Origin: Gemmatimonadaceae bacterium
GTDB lineage: Bacteria; Gemmatimonadota; Gemmatimonadetes; Gemmatimonadales; Gemmatimonadaceae
Assembly: GCA_044224875.1 (NCBI GenBank)
Contig: JBGAJQ010000029.1
Location: 1 to 60,103, forward strand
Direction: 5' to 3'
DNA: 60,103 bases
A program made the translations under genes and the position numbers. How positions within the stretch are numbered: the first letter of the stretch is position 1; every line of letters starts with the position of its first letter. The notes under the pieces were generated by a model. The model made no database searches, had not been told where the DNA came from, and saw nothing but the letters and a program-made list of their open reading frames with translations. Positions 42,501 to 52,104 of the stretch are shown here, one piece after another.

Positions 42501-44105
42501 GGTGCCGAACGAAATCGGCGCGGCGTCAAGCGCCAGGTCGTAGGTCAGGAACTTCTCGCCGAAAGTGACGCGACCGTTTCCAGTGAAGTGATTCGCGGCG
42601 CCAGGACCGTCACGGTGCGTGACATCAGCATTGCGGAACCGGAGGTCGAGCCACGACGAATCCAGTCGCGCCGATCCGGATACAATCCCGTCGAAACGCG
42701 GGAAGGCGGGATTCAGGAACTGAATGATGCGCAGGTCAAACTGGTCAACCTGCAGGTCGAATCCCCTAAACACCGTGAACGCGGGAAACAGGATGTCGAG
42801 TTCACCCCGGCCCCGGATCTTTCCCCATGCGCCCGGCACATTCGCGTCCTGAAACACAAAGTCGGCGCTGTCCACTTTGAACCGGTTGACGGGCCCGCCC
42901 GCGGCTCGCAACCGGCCAGTGAGTGTTCCACGCCAGGGGTACGGCAGCGGTTTGCCATTGATCTGGTGCAGGAAGGCCCAGTCCATCGGGTCCGCTCGCA
43001 CGTTCACATCCTTTACGATGAGGACTTCGGCCCCACTGCCAAACGTGACGTCACCGCGCAACCGCGACCCCATGGTCCGGACGTCCATGTCGCTGATGAC
43101 GTAGTCGAGGACGTGCAGGTCGCGCTCATTATGGATGCGCAGCTTCATTTTGCCGCCACCCGTCTTGGGCAGCGTCGGGTACACCCAGTTCACGTCGGCC
43201 AGCGCCACCGAGTCGCCGACGATCGCCAGATCGTATCGCGTCGGTTGGCCGCCGCCCCACCACACCTTCCCCGACCCGCTGCCAGTTGAGGCTGGAAGGT
43301 CAAAGTGCGGCAGGTCGAGCCACAAGGAATCCCCCAGCAAACGTACGCGGCCCGTCGCCGCGCGAAACTTGAACGGTGGGAAGAACTCGTCGACGTCCAG
43401 CCGGCCGATCTCGAATTGGCGCCCTAGCGCCGTGTGGTCGTCCACTCGGGCATGCGAGATCGCCAGTCGACCTTGCGACCAGATCCAGGTCTGCTCGAAT
43501 CGCCGTTCCCCCACTCGGCGAATTATGCGGTCCTGGCGCGCCAGGTTGAACTTTACCGCACTGTCGAGCTTCGCCCCACGCAGCGAGTCGTTAGGTACCC
43601 AAGGCATCAGCACCCGAACTTCAACGCTGTCGAGGAATGCGCTATCGACCGCGATGTAGTCGCCGAACTGGCCCTGCGTTGCCTTGCGCGGCGGTCCCTT
43701 GGGCCCAGGTGGGAAGATCTTCCGGAAGTTCCAGGTCCCGACGCTGTCCTGCTGCACGCGGACCACGGGATGCGACACGTGCGCGTGCGTGGCATAGATG
43801 CGCCGGTCCAGCAGGTCGCGCGGGTTGAACGTCAGCGTGATGCGCCCGGTCGAGACAAAGAGCGAATCATTGGCCTCTCGTATCGCAAGGGAATCGATGG
43901 TCAGGTCGCTGAAGATGGACCCGCTGATGCGCCCGATGTGGATCTTGCCCTTGCTGGCTCGATTCATGGCGCCTTCCACGAACGCCCGAATCTTCTCCCG
44001 GCCGTAGTCCGTTCGCGTGAGCATCGCCAAGCCTAACGCCAACGCCCCACCCAAACCGAGCAGGACGGCGGCGCTCACCAGAACCACGGCACGTCGGCGA
44101 GTCAT
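39546..44105 (-). CDS. TamB/AsmA-like translocation and assembly module protein
   Basis: 1519 aa, N-terminal TM anchor, beta-rich repeats, C-terminal DUF490-like region ending in an aromatic residue; next to an Omp85 gene. Confidence 0.82.
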   Translation of the reverse strand: MTRRRAVVLVSAAVLLGLGGALALGLAMLTRTDYGREKIRAFVEGAMNRASKGKIHIGRISGSIFSDLTIDSLAIREANDSLFVSTGRITLTFNPRDLLDRRIYATHAHVSHPVVRVQQDSVGTWNFRKIFPPGPKGPPRKATQGQFGDYIAVDSAFLDSVEVRVLMPWVPNDSLRGAKLDSAVKFNLARQDRIIRRVGERRFEQTWIWSQGRLAISHARVDDHTALGRQFEIGRLDVDEFFPPFKFRAATGRVRLLGDSLWLDLPHFDLPASTGSGSGKVWWGGGQPTRYDLAIVGDSVALADVNWVYPTLPKTGGGKMKLRIHNERDLHVLDYVISDMDVRTMGSRLRGDVTFGSGAEVLIVKDVNVRADPMDWAFLHQINGKPLPYPWRGTLTGRLRAAGGPVNRFKVDSADFVFQDANVPGAWGKIRGRGELDILFPAFTVFRGFDLQVDQFDLRIIQFLNPAFPRFDGIVSGSARLDSSWLDLRFRNADVTHRDGPGAANHFTGNGRVTFGEKFLTYDLALDAAPISFGTIAHAYREIPLPYRGEYSGPIRLQGTMEDLDLSADIRGVGGALNYEGKVDADSVGGYAADGVFRFRDLDLRVLFDTAGVPHTALNGEANPRVRFDSLATANGSLAVDLDRSTVDSLRVYNGSTRVRFGEGLMTVDSMSVESVAGTLTARGRLGVSPDKQDSLQFSIRSDSLGGFRRQYLRSFAADTAALRLAQSDSMSGRVTIDGVLRGSIDTLGLRASGLIEGLAVGEMSARSAHLTADLMELTGTTHGQLTLTGDTVVAGGLSLLALAGTADVKTPNDIGYRVGVTAAGGSSAEGTGVMRVAADTVDVGMESLQLKFGDDQWSLVGRSRIASTSNGVTVEPMVLEGAAGALGRITLQGVVPTDSAVTLTARADSVSMKDLGMMAQAGVTLGGRLTAKLDITGTRMAPTMALQGSVEGGAVGGVELQRILITGNYADRRAQAKLDVVRDGTTVLDVSAALPVDLRLASTPRRMLDDTLHIGFRSRDVDLAIIEGFVPSLKNAAGRLNADFAIRGRARHATLSGFVQIDSAGANIESMGGERVRDVFVDLRADRDSIEIRRLVATSGPERSDSMWVKGSVSLFGADTLPTYSVQLGARSFHVVVRPRVADLQVSANLSLDGSPLRSSLTGGATIDRGIIYIPEFFEKDIVSLDDPDLFNIVDTSVVANRTLLPKAPPRLLQNLDVRNVAIAMGPDVRLRSDEANIKLGGAVNVTVARNRGSSAASSRNGQVALALDGRLRTEQGTYILDLGVVQPVLSIEGGELRFFGDADLNPAVDIRALHVVRQFNDNATRNDIRVRVKLQGTFLQPRVSFESADSLNLSESDLISYLVTGAPSLEIGGTRGTGVSFSSLFLSTLSSRLAQSLTGRFFDQVQIQSAQNQLQGTVGAAARTAIFNGLQFGLGKQINDRTWVSFQAGLCTTGTQSSFGSFNPQSIGVKVEHTLKKGYGVSFGVEPGASAVLCGQERGFAPTPQQFGLDFYRAWRF

Positions 44106-44109
44106 GGCG

Positions 44110-46413
44110 TCAGAAGGCCTGCCCGATCGAAAAGTTGAACGTCAGGCGGCCCAGCACCGACGCGCGGCGCGGGGGCTGGAAGGACCCGGGACACTCTCCG
44201 GAGTCTTGCGACGGCGGAATCGGCTTGGCTCCTGTCTGCGGGCGTTCGTTGTGCACCAGCAACGTATTCCCCGGACTCACGCAGATCAGCCCAATCACGA
44301 ACTTCGAATCGTACGCATTGGGGTCCGGCGTGAAATAGGCCGGACCGGCTGGCCGCGCGTACGGGTTGTAGCCGATATCCAACCGCACCGGACCAACCAG
44401 GGTGTTCACACGCACGCCAACGCCGGGCGTCACCTTGAAGTTGCCGAAGCCTCCCAATCCACTCTGCCTGCGATTCCACACCTCACCGCCGTCGACAAAC
44501 AGCGCAAACTGGACCAACTCTGGCAGGAAGAAGGAGCGCAGCCGCAACTCCGCGCTCGCCAGCACCACGTTGTCACCGCCCGACGGGACAACGCGCTCTC
44601 CCGTGGAATCCGCGGGCACGGCGCGCCAGTACGACGTGGAGTCCGTCACCTCGGTCTTCACGATCGCTCGTTCCTCCGGAATGTAGAGGACCGCGCCGAG
44701 TTCATTCTGGCGGTAGCCTCGGACCGAGTTTGGCCCACCGGCGTACATGCGTTCCTGCAGCGGAATGAAGGTTCGCGTGCCCGACTCGAGCGACAAGCTG
44801 GTCCCTATCACCGTCCCCGCACGAAAACGCAGGGCCAACACGCCGCCGTCGAAGAGTTGCCGGTACCATGACAACTCGCCCAGCACCCGGTTGAACTGCA
44901 GCGTGGGATCGGAGCCAACGGCCGGCGAGGCATGCCGCGCCTCGAACCGCGTCACGTACCCGGACGTGGGGTTCGTAAAATCGTTCGCCGCGGAATGCGT
45001 CGCGGTCCAGCCGATCGTGGCCAGACGCCGGCGCGACAACAGGCGTTGCTGCTCACCCGCATCACAGACCTGGAACACGCCGCAGAAGAACGCCGGCTGC
45101 GCGAGCGTACTCCCAAACTCCATCTGGTAGCTGAACGTCATGGGCCAGCGCCCGTTCCCCTCGCGAAAGACCGACGCCAGGACGCCAACCGGCGTGTCGC
45201 GCAAAAAGGCCGAGTATTCAGACCGCCGCTCACTGTAGAGCGTGATCGTCGGCACGTAGCGCAGCCGGTACAGGGCCGCCTGTGAGAGCGTCGCCCCGAC
45301 ATAGAAGTTCAGGGTATCGCTCAGAGGGTCGCGCTTCACCTGCGCCGTGCAGAGCGCGCTGGCGAAGTCGAACGGATATCCCGTGCCGATCTTCGACAGG
45401 CGGCCCGTCAGGTCAAGCCGCAGTAACCGGCCAAGAAAGTTGTAATCCGAGTACGCACCCTGCGCGCGCCCACAGTCCAGATTCCCCCACCCTAACGAGG
45501 TGCGCGTGGAATGCAACTCCCCCTCCCCCGCCGTCACATTGATCGTGACCAGGGAATCCCCATCCTGCAAACTGGCGCTGTCCACCGATATGTCCACGTG
45601 CCGGAAGGCGTCCGTCAGATACAACCCACGCTTGGCCGCCTCGAGCGACCGCTCGCGGTAGAGGTTGCCCTCGCCGATGCCCAGTACGGACCGCAGTCGT
45701 TCCGGGTCCACGTGAGACGTCGCACCCTTGGCGCTGTCTACGCGGACCCGGATTTCGCCCAACCTCGCCCGCGGACCTGGGACGACCCCGTAATCCAGGA
45801 TCGCCCGGTGGGAGGCGGTGTCGGTTTCGTACGAACGCAGCACCTCCGCAAGCGGATATCCCTGATCGCGCAACCTCCGAGCGAGGGTGTCGCGCGACGC
45901 GTCCATCCGAATCTTGTCGAATCGCTCCTTCGGTCGCGGCAACACGGCACGCGCCAGTCGGGCACCATTGGGCACGCTATCGAGTCCGGTCACCGACACC
46001 GAGTCGATCAGCATCGGCTGGCCTTCATCGATGCTGAATCGCACGGCTACGGTGCGCGTGGCCACCAGCTGTACCGCAAGGCCGACGCGTACATCCGTGT
46101 AGCCGATGTCGCGATACAGCTTCACCAGCCGCAACGAGTCCGTGCGAACAATCAGGGAGTCCAGGCAATACTTCTTGCCAAGAATGCGCGTGAGACGCCG
46201 GCGGAAGTTGGACGGGGTCGTCACGATACGCCGCGCCAGGTCGCTCGATCGAATGGCGCGATTGCCGCGGAACTCGAGGGACCGCACCTCCAGATCTCGC
46301 CCTTCACAACTGGGGGACTGACCGGACAACGCGCCAGGCAGCGCGCCGAATACCCACAACCCTAGCACCACACCCCTCAGGCTTCGCGCAACCCGGGCGT
46401 ACCGTTCAGGCAT
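44110..46413 (-). CDS. BamA/TamA (Omp85) family outer-membrane protein
   Basis: Signal peptide, POTRA repeats (FRGN..., GY..V), YAGGPNSVRGY, FVDGG, GPVRLD, C-terminal FSIGQAF. Confidence 0.9.
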   Translation of the reverse strand: MPERYARVARSLRGVVLGLWVFGALPGALSGQSPSCEGRDLEVRSLEFRGNRAIRSSDLARRIVTTPSNFRRRLTRILGKKYCLDSLIVRTDSLRLVKLYRDIGYTDVRVGLAVQLVATRTVAVRFSIDEGQPMLIDSVSVTGLDSVPNGARLARAVLPRPKERFDKIRMDASRDTLARRLRDQGYPLAEVLRSYETDTASHRAILDYGVVPGPRARLGEIRVRVDSAKGATSHVDPERLRSVLGIGEGNLYRERSLEAAKRGLYLTDAFRHVDISVDSASLQDGDSLVTINVTAGEGELHSTRTSLGWGNLDCGRAQGAYSDYNFLGRLLRLDLTGRLSKIGTGYPFDFASALCTAQVKRDPLSDTLNFYVGATLSQAALYRLRYVPTITLYSERRSEYSAFLRDTPVGVLASVFREGNGRWPMTFSYQMEFGSTLAQPAFFCGVFQVCDAGEQQRLLSRRRLATIGWTATHSAANDFTNPTSGYVTRFEARHASPAVGSDPTLQFNRVLGELSWYRQLFDGGVLALRFRAGTVIGTSLSLESGTRTFIPLQERMYAGGPNSVRGYRQNELGAVLYIPEERAIVKTEVTDSTSYWRAVPADSTGERVVPSGGDNVVLASAELRLRSFFLPELVQFALFVDGGEVWNRRQSGLGGFGNFKVTPGVGVRVNTLVGPVRLDIGYNPYARPAGPAYFTPDPNAYDSKFVIGLICVSPGNTLLVHNERPQTGAKPIPPSQDSGECPGSFQPPRRASVLGRLTFNFSIGQAF

Positions 46414-47338
46414 GTTCCACCAGCACCGACCCCGGCCCAAGGTGCTTGGCGCGTCGCTTCACGTCCGCGGCCCGCATGCCCAAGTGCGCCAGGTTCACCC
46501 ACGCCGCCGGCGCCACATGCAGCACGGCCGCCGATACGCACGCCAACGGAAAACGCCGCACGTTTCCATCGCGATCCAATCCCGTAAAACCGCCGGCCCG
46601 CGATGCCTCGGGACCCACGGCCCCCTCCACGACCTGCCGGCAGCGCGCGGAGCACTCGCGCACCACCGCCTCCGCGCGCGGCTCGTCCGTGAGGACAATG
46701 AAGTCGTCGCCGCCAATGTGCCCCACGAAATCGCGCTCTCCATCGGCCCCACCACCGGCAGCGGCAACGCTGTCACGGATGGCACTCCCCAACCCCCGAA
46801 TCACCTCGTCCGCGATCGCGAATCCAAACGTGTCCGCGAACGGTTTGAAATTGTCGAGGTCGAGGTAGCAGACAGAAAACGCCTCGCCCCGCTCGACGCG
46901 CGTGTTGATCTCGCGATCGATGGCCCGTCCGCCAGGCAGTCCGCTGGTGGGATTGCGATCGCTCTCACGCTGCACCAGCCGCAACAGTGCCTGCACACGG
47001 GCCCGCAGTTCCCGAGGATCGAATGGCTTGGCGATGTAGTCGTCGGCGCCCGCTGCAAACCCCTCCACCTTGCTCTCGACGGTGCCTTGCGCCGTCAGCA
47101 TCAGCACCGGGATTCGCGCTGTGAACGGGTTCTGCTTGATCCGTCGACAGACCTCGAACCCGTTCATGCCGGGCATCGAGTGGTCGAGCACCACCAGGTC
47201 GGGCTCGCGTTCCTGAATGGATGACAACACCTGCAGTCCGTCCTGCGCGAGCGCCACCTCGTGACCCGAGGCGCGGAACAAGTCGCGCAACATGAGGCGC
47301 ATGTCCTCATTGTCGTCGGCGAGAAGTAAGTAACTCAC
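46406..47338 (-). CDS. Response regulator with a GGDEF-like (GGDDF) domain
   Basis: LLADDN, LDHSMP, KPF, then NPTSGLPG, LDLDNFK, GHIGGDDF; start placed at GTG 47338. Confidence 0.88.
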   Translation of the reverse strand: MSYLLLADDNEDMRLMLRDLFRASGHEVALAQDGLQVLSSIQEREPDLVVLDHSMPGMNGFEVCRRIKQNPFTARIPVLMLTAQGTVESKVEGFAAGADDYIAKPFDPRELRARVQALLRLVQRESDRNPTSGLPGGRAIDREINTRVERGEAFSVCYLDLDNFKPFADTFGFAIADEVIRGLGSAIRDSVAAAGGGADGERDFVGHIGGDDFIVLTDEPRAEAVVRECSARCRQVVEGAVGPEASRAGGFTGLDRDGNVRRFPLACVSAAVLHVAPAAWVNLAHLGMRAADVKRRAKHLGPGSVLVEHA

Positions 47339-47533
47339 GGCTTGATAGTCACTTGCGTCATGTTTGACGGCCCTATGCCGACCGCGTAAGTTCACGCGGC
47401 CCAACCCGTACTGTCAACGGCGAACGTGGCGCGCAGTCCCACTCGTCAGGCGCATCCGCGGTACCCGTTGCGCCATCCGTCGTTCACGACGGTGATCACC
47501 GCGAACTCGACGTGATCCAACACACAGGCCTGC

Positions 47534-47896
47534 ATGCCTCCTGACCCATCCGGATTCCGCGGCACGCCGACCTTCGAAAGTTATCAGCGTGACGCAGCCC
47601 GAACGCTGAACGCTGCCCTCACCTCGAACGAGCAGACCCTCGATGCCGCCGCCGGCCTCGCCGAGGAGGCGGGCGAGGTGCTCGCCCTGGTCCGAAAGCA
47701 CCTGTTCCAGCACCGCCCATTGGACCCCGAGCAGCTCGCGACCGAACTCGGCGACGCCCTCTGGTGCCTGACGGCCGTCGCCTCGACGTCGGGGCTTTCG
47801 TTAGGCGACATTGCCGCTCGCAATCTCAGCAAGCTGGCCCTGCGCTACCCCACCGGACTGGGACACCCGCTACCGGACGACCAGCGATCGCCCTAG
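47534..47896 (+). CDS. MazG-like nucleotide pyrophosphohydrolase
   Basis: GLAEEAGEV, ELGDALW, NLSKLALRYP. Confidence 0.85.
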   Translation: MPPDPSGFRGTPTFESYQRDAARTLNAALTSNEQTLDAAAGLAEEAGEVLALVRKHLFQHRPLDPEQLATELGDALWCLTAVASTSGLSLGDIAARNLSKLALRYPTGLGHPLPDDQRSP

Positions 47897-48918
47897 TCAT
47901 CCTTCTGGCCGAACACCGCCATGTTTGAGCTGTGCCCGGGTGCCACCTTCTTGTCGGGATAGATCCAGTGAACGGCCTGATTCACGGCCGTCGCCGCCTC
48001 CCCAAACCCGGTGGCGATCAACTTCAGTTTCCCCGGATAGGTGGTGACGTCCCCCGCAGCGTAGACACCAGGCCGGCCGGTTTCCATCTGCGAGTTCACG
48101 ACGATCTCCTCTTTCTCCAACGTGAGTCCCCAGTTCGCGATGTCGCCGAGGTCACTCACGTAGCCGAGCATCGGCAGGATTACATCGCACGCCACGTCTC
48201 TGGTGGCCTTGGTCTTCGTGTCGCGCAGGACGACACCGGCCAGCGAACCATTCTGTTCGCGGACGTCGGAGAGCTCATGAAACGTGAAGAGGTCCGCCTC
48301 GCCGAGCCCGACCTGCCGCTGCACCTCGGCCACAGTCGCACCATGCGCTCGAAATCGGTCCGAGCGATGCACGAGCGTGACCCGCGCTGCCCGGTTATGC
48401 AGTTGGTGCGTCCAGTCAAAGGCAGAGTCACCGCCGCCGATGATCACGACACGCTGCCCTTGAAAGAGCGCAGGGTCCGTGACCATGTCGTAGATGCCGC
48501 GACCGTACCAGGGCTCCGCCACCGCCTGGGGGAGGCGCCGCGGTGAAAACGCGCCGATCCCGGCCGCGATCACGATCGACCTCGTGGGGAATCGCGACTG
48601 AGCCGTCACCAGCACGAAATTCCCGTCCGTTTCCTCGAGGCCCACCACGCGCTCCGCAAGATGCGTCGGCACCTGAAACTGGGACGTCTGCTCAACGAGC
48701 GAACGCACGAGGTCCTTCGCGAGCACCTTCGGATATCCAGCAACGTCAAAGATGAACTTCTCGGGATACAACGCGGTCAGCTGACCGCCCAGCTGGGGCA
48801 GCGCATCGAGGATCTGCACGGAAACGCCGCGCATCCCCGCGTAGAACGCCGCGAAAAGACCCGCGGGCCCGCCACCGAGCACGGTGACGTCGACAATGGG
48901 GTGGGGGTGGGTTGGCAT
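47893..48918 (-). CDS. Ferredoxin--NADP reductase (thioredoxin-reductase-like, YumC type)
   Basis: GGGPAG, GGQLTALYPEKFIFDVAG, GGGDSA, AAGD, GKLKLIATGFGEA, PGHSS; no CxxC. Confidence 0.9.
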   Translation of the reverse strand: MPTHPHPIVDVTVLGGGPAGLFAAFYAGMRGVSVQILDALPQLGGQLTALYPEKFIFDVAGYPKVLAKDLVRSLVEQTSQFQVPTHLAERVVGLEETDGNFVLVTAQSRFPTRSIVIAAGIGAFSPRRLPQAVAEPWYGRGIYDMVTDPALFQGQRVVIIGGGDSAFDWTHQLHNRAARVTLVHRSDRFRAHGATVAEVQRQVGLGEADLFTFHELSDVREQNGSLAGVVLRDTKTKATRDVACDVILPMLGYVSDLGDIANWGLTLEKEEIVVNSQMETGRPGVYAAGDVTTYPGKLKLIATGFGEAATAVNQAVHWIYPDKKVAPGHSSNMAVFGQKDD

Positions 48919-49012
48919 GGCAGAAGTATAGTCGGCAGCGGAGTTCAGACCGACCCGGCGCCCCCGTGCCGGCCGGTCGATCGCTGGATACCTTTGGGTT
49001 TCCGTACACCCG

Positions 49013-49567
49013 ATGCGACACATGAAGATCTACACAAAGACCGGCGACCAGGGCGCCACTGGCCTGTTTGGTGGCGGGCGTGTCTCCAAGGACGATCCGC
49101 GAGTCGAGGCGTACGGCGACGTCGACGAACTGAATGCGTCGTTAGGTCTGGTGCGATCGATCGAAATGATGCCTCGTATTGACGAGGTCATTGTCGGGAT
49201 TCAGCGCGACCTGTTCAGCATCGGTGCGCTGCTTGCCACGCCGGATCCGGTGAAGATGCGTGAACACCTGAGCAAGGCTCAGATCGACGATGACCGCATC
49301 ACCCAATTGGAGCACGCCATCGACGACTGCGAGCGGGAGTTGGAGCCATTGCGAGCATTTATCGTCCCCGGGGGAACGCCCAAGTCTGCGGCACTTCACG
49401 TCGCCCGAACCGTCTGCCGGCGAGCCGAACGTCGGGTGGTGTCGTTGCGCCGCGATGTTGAAGTGCCCGAATTGGTGGTGCAATACCTGAACCGGCTGTC
49501 GGACCTGTTGTTCATGCTGGCGCGTGTGGCCAATCGGCGTGCCGGCGCTGGGGAGGTCACCTGGTAG
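49013..49567 (+). CDS. Cob(I)alamin adenosyltransferase (PduO-type)
   Basis: KIYTKTGDQG, YGDVDELN, ARTVCRRAER, YLNRLSDLLF. Confidence 0.93.
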   Translation: MRHMKIYTKTGDQGATGLFGGGRVSKDDPRVEAYGDVDELNASLGLVRSIEMMPRIDEVIVGIQRDLFSIGALLATPDPVKMREHLSKAQIDDDRITQLEHAIDDCERELEPLRAFIVPGGTPKSAALHVARTVCRRAERRVVSLRRDVEVPELVVQYLNRLSDLLFMLARVANRRAGAGEVTW

Positions 49568-49583
49568 CGTGCCGGGCGACCGA

Positions 49584-50720
49584 ATGATCGAGCGCACACT
49601 GTTGGGGGGCGCCGTCGTCATTGGCGAGTCACTCCGCGACGCGGGCACCCGGATCGCCGCCCAGGCGCCTGCGCACGTCTTCGCGGTGATCACTGATGAA
49701 CACGTGGCGGGACTTCCCCACCTGGAAATCCTGACGACGAGCCTCCGCGCCGCTTCCCGGCAGCGCATCATCCAGCGGGTGATTCCCGCGGGGGAGGGCT
49801 CGAAGACACGCGAGCTATGGATGGAGCTCTCGGACTGGTTGCTCGGCGAAGACTGCGGCCGTGACACGACGGTCGTTGCGCTAGGTGGCGGGGTGGTGGG
49901 CGACCTGGCGGGGTTCGTTGCTGCGACGTTCATGCGAGGCATCCCCGTGGTGCAGGTACCGACCACGTTGCTGGCCATGGTCGACGCGGCGTTAGGCGGA
50001 AAGACCGGCGTGGATACGCCGGCGGGAAAGAACCTCATTGGCGCCTTCCACCATCCAGAGCTGGTGTGCATCGATCCGTCGGTCATACGCACATTGCCGG
50101 TCGCCCATGTTCGGGCCGGCATGGCCGAAGTGCTGAAGCACGGGGTGATCGCCGACAGCGAGTATTTCCGGCACGCGGCCGACCTTGCCGCGGGGCTGGC
50201 TGCGGGCCAGTTGGACGCGGCGTGGTGGGAATCCACCCAGGCGCGCGACCTGATCGCCCGAAGCATCGAGATCAAGTCTGGCGTCGTAAGTCAGGATGCG
50301 AGGGAGAATGGTCGGCGCGAATCGCTGAACTTCGGCCACACCGTCGCCCACGCCGTCGAAGCCGCCCTTCACTACACGCTATTGCACGGCGATGCCGTCG
50401 CGATCGGGATGGTGGCTGAAGCCAGTCTCGGTGAATCCCTCGGTCTCACGTCGCCCGGCACCCGGCTGACACTGGAGCGTACCCTGAATGCCGCTGGGTT
50501 GCCCACACGACTTCCCGCAGGGCTTTCCCCTTCCGCCGTGGTGGCTGCCGCGGCCCACGATAAGAAGGCGCGTGCCGGCCGACTTCGCATCGCCGTGCCT
50601 CAATCGTTAGGTGTGTTCGCCCCGCGCGACGGCGCGTGGTCCGTCGCGGTCGCTGACACGAGCCTGGAGGCGTCCCTTCAGGCGCTGGTTACACCGCCCT
50701 CCTCCTCCGCCAAGCGTTAG
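49584..50720 (+). CDS. aroB: 3-dehydroquinate synthase
   Basis: GEGSK, ALGGGVVGDL, PTTLLAMVDAALGGKTG, KNLIGAF, LNFGHT, HGDAV, HDKK. Confidence 0.93.
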   Translation: MIERTLLGGAVVIGESLRDAGTRIAAQAPAHVFAVITDEHVAGLPHLEILTTSLRAASRQRIIQRVIPAGEGSKTRELWMELSDWLLGEDCGRDTTVVALGGGVVGDLAGFVAATFMRGIPVVQVPTTLLAMVDAALGGKTGVDTPAGKNLIGAFHHPELVCIDPSVIRTLPVAHVRAGMAEVLKHGVIADSEYFRHAADLAAGLAAGQLDAAWWESTQARDLIARSIEIKSGVVSQDARENGRRESLNFGHTVAHAVEAALHYTLLHGDAVAIGMVAEASLGESLGLTSPGTRLTLERTLNAAGLPTRLPAGLSPSAVVAAAAHDKKARAGRLRIAVPQSLGVFAPRDGAWSVAVADTSLEASLQALVTPPSSSAKR

Positions 50721-50725
50721 GCACG

Positions 50726-50947
50726 GTGCGCCCCCGAACGCTGGTCGCCATCCTCTGCACCCTGGCCGTCCTGCTCGTCGCGCTAGCCGCGTGGCTCCTC
50801 AGTGTGCCGGCGACGCTGGTTGGCGGTGGATCCGTCATGGCCATCGCCGCCCTGGCGTGGTGGGCGAGGCGCAAGGCACCTAACGGGAAACCTTCGGGTC
50901 CAGCGGTGGCGGCTGGGAATCCCGACCGCGAGAGTCGCCAAACATAG
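50726..50947 (+). CDS. Small two-TM membrane protein
   Basis: Two hydrophobic helices followed by WWARRK; starts 5 nt after the aroB stop. Confidence 0.55.
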   Translation: MRPRTLVAILCTLAVLLVALAAWLLSVPATLVGGGSVMAIAALAWWARRKAPNGKPSGPAVAAGNPDRESRQT

Positions 50948-51026
50948 GTTTTCCCACAAGTCCTTGTCCTGTCGAGAAATGCCATTCGGGCGTCCTTTCG
51001 CGCCTGCATGGCACGGAAAATGGCTG

Positions 51027-51055
51027 TTGACGGTTTTGTATACCGAATTTATCCT
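51027..51055 (+). promoter_or_regulatory. Putative sigma70 promoter for the sigma-factor gene
   Basis: TTGACG-N17-TATCCT in an AT-rich patch about 65 nt upstream of ATG 51121. Confidence 0.6.
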
Positions 51056-51120
51056 GCGCGCCCCAACTGCTGGACACCCGAGCGTCGCTCGGATTTCACC
51101 CTCGTCTCCAAGGGGCGTGT

Positions 51121-52014
51121 ATGCAGCAAGTGACCGAGAGCAGGACCAAGGGATTCGCGCGTTCCTCCCCATCCACCGCTTTCGATCAGTATCTGCACGA
51201 CATACAAAAGCTCCCCCTGATCACGGATCCTGAGGAGGAGCGGCGACTGGCCCGGCGAGCCCAAAAGGGCGATGAGCGTGCGGCCGAGCGATTGGTGACG
51301 GCGAACCTGCGATTCGTCATTTCCTACGTGAAGAAGTATCAAGGTCATGGACTGGACCTGTCGGAGCTGGTGGCCATCGGGAACGAAGGGCTTCTCAAGG
51401 CGGTGCGGAAGTTCGATCCCGATCAAGGCGTGAAGTTCATTTCCTACGCCGTCTGGTGGGTCAGGCAAGCCGTCCTCAAGGCCCTGGCCGAGCAAACGCG
51501 CTCCGTGCGCATACCGCTTAACCAGAATTCGCAGCTGATCCGGCTCGCCCGCGCCGAAACCATCCTCTCCCAGGTGCTCAAGCGAGATCCGACCGACGAC
51601 GAAATCTCGCGCCTGCTGGAAGAGCCCGTGGAAAGCGTCCGCACGGCCCGGCAGATGACCTCAACCGAAGTGTCCCTGGATGCCCCGATCGACCGTAGCG
51701 ACCGGGAAGCCTCGACGTTAGGCGAACGATTCTCAGGCGGGGACGGCGTCGAAATCGAGGAGACCACCGATTTCAAGCTGATGCGCGAGTTCATCGATCG
51801 CGTCTTCCGAAAGTACCTGACGCCACGCGAACGCAAGATCCTGTACCTGTATTACGGCCTCGAGGAAGGTTCGGAGGCAATGACCCTCGAACGCATCGGC
51901 GCGCTCATGGGCGTCACGCGCGAACGGATCCGACAGATTCGAGAACGCGCCTTCGAAAAGCTGCGCGAGTCTCCCGATGGTCGCGCGCTCGCCAGTTTCT
52001 GGACCGCCGCCTAA
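51121..52014 (+). CDS. RNA polymerase sigma70-family factor (RpoD/RpoS-like, no region 1.1)
   Basis: YLHDI, LVTANLRFV, GNEGLLKAVRKFDP, KFISYAVWWVRQA, VSLDAP, GVTRERIRQI. Confidence 0.93.
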   Translation: MQQVTESRTKGFARSSPSTAFDQYLHDIQKLPLITDPEEERRLARRAQKGDERAAERLVTANLRFVISYVKKYQGHGLDLSELVAIGNEGLLKAVRKFDPDQGVKFISYAVWWVRQAVLKALAEQTRSVRIPLNQNSQLIRLARAETILSQVLKRDPTDDEISRLLEEPVESVRTARQMTSTEVSLDAPIDRSDREASTLGERFSGGDGVEIEETTDFKLMREFIDRVFRKYLTPRERKILYLYYGLEEGSEAMTLERIGALMGVTRERIRQIRERAFEKLRESPDGRALASFWTAA

Positions 52015-52077
52015 CACGCCCATCTCGCGGTCCGCATCATTCGAACACCGCAGGTCACCGTCGCTGCAACAGAAAGT

Positions 52078-52104
52078 CAGAGGCCGGGGAATTCCCGGCC
52101 TCTG
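52078..52104 (+). terminator. Hairpin downstream of the sigma-factor gene, probable terminator
   Basis: CAGAGGCCGGG-GAATT-CCCGGCCTCTG, a perfect 11-bp stem with a weak T tail. Confidence 0.6.

Noticed and set aside
51009..51025. Sigma54 promoter TGGCACG-GAAAA-TGGCT upstream of the sigma-factor gene
   Set aside because: The GG-to-GC spacing is 11 nt rather than the required 10, and a good sigma70-type promoter lies right next to it.
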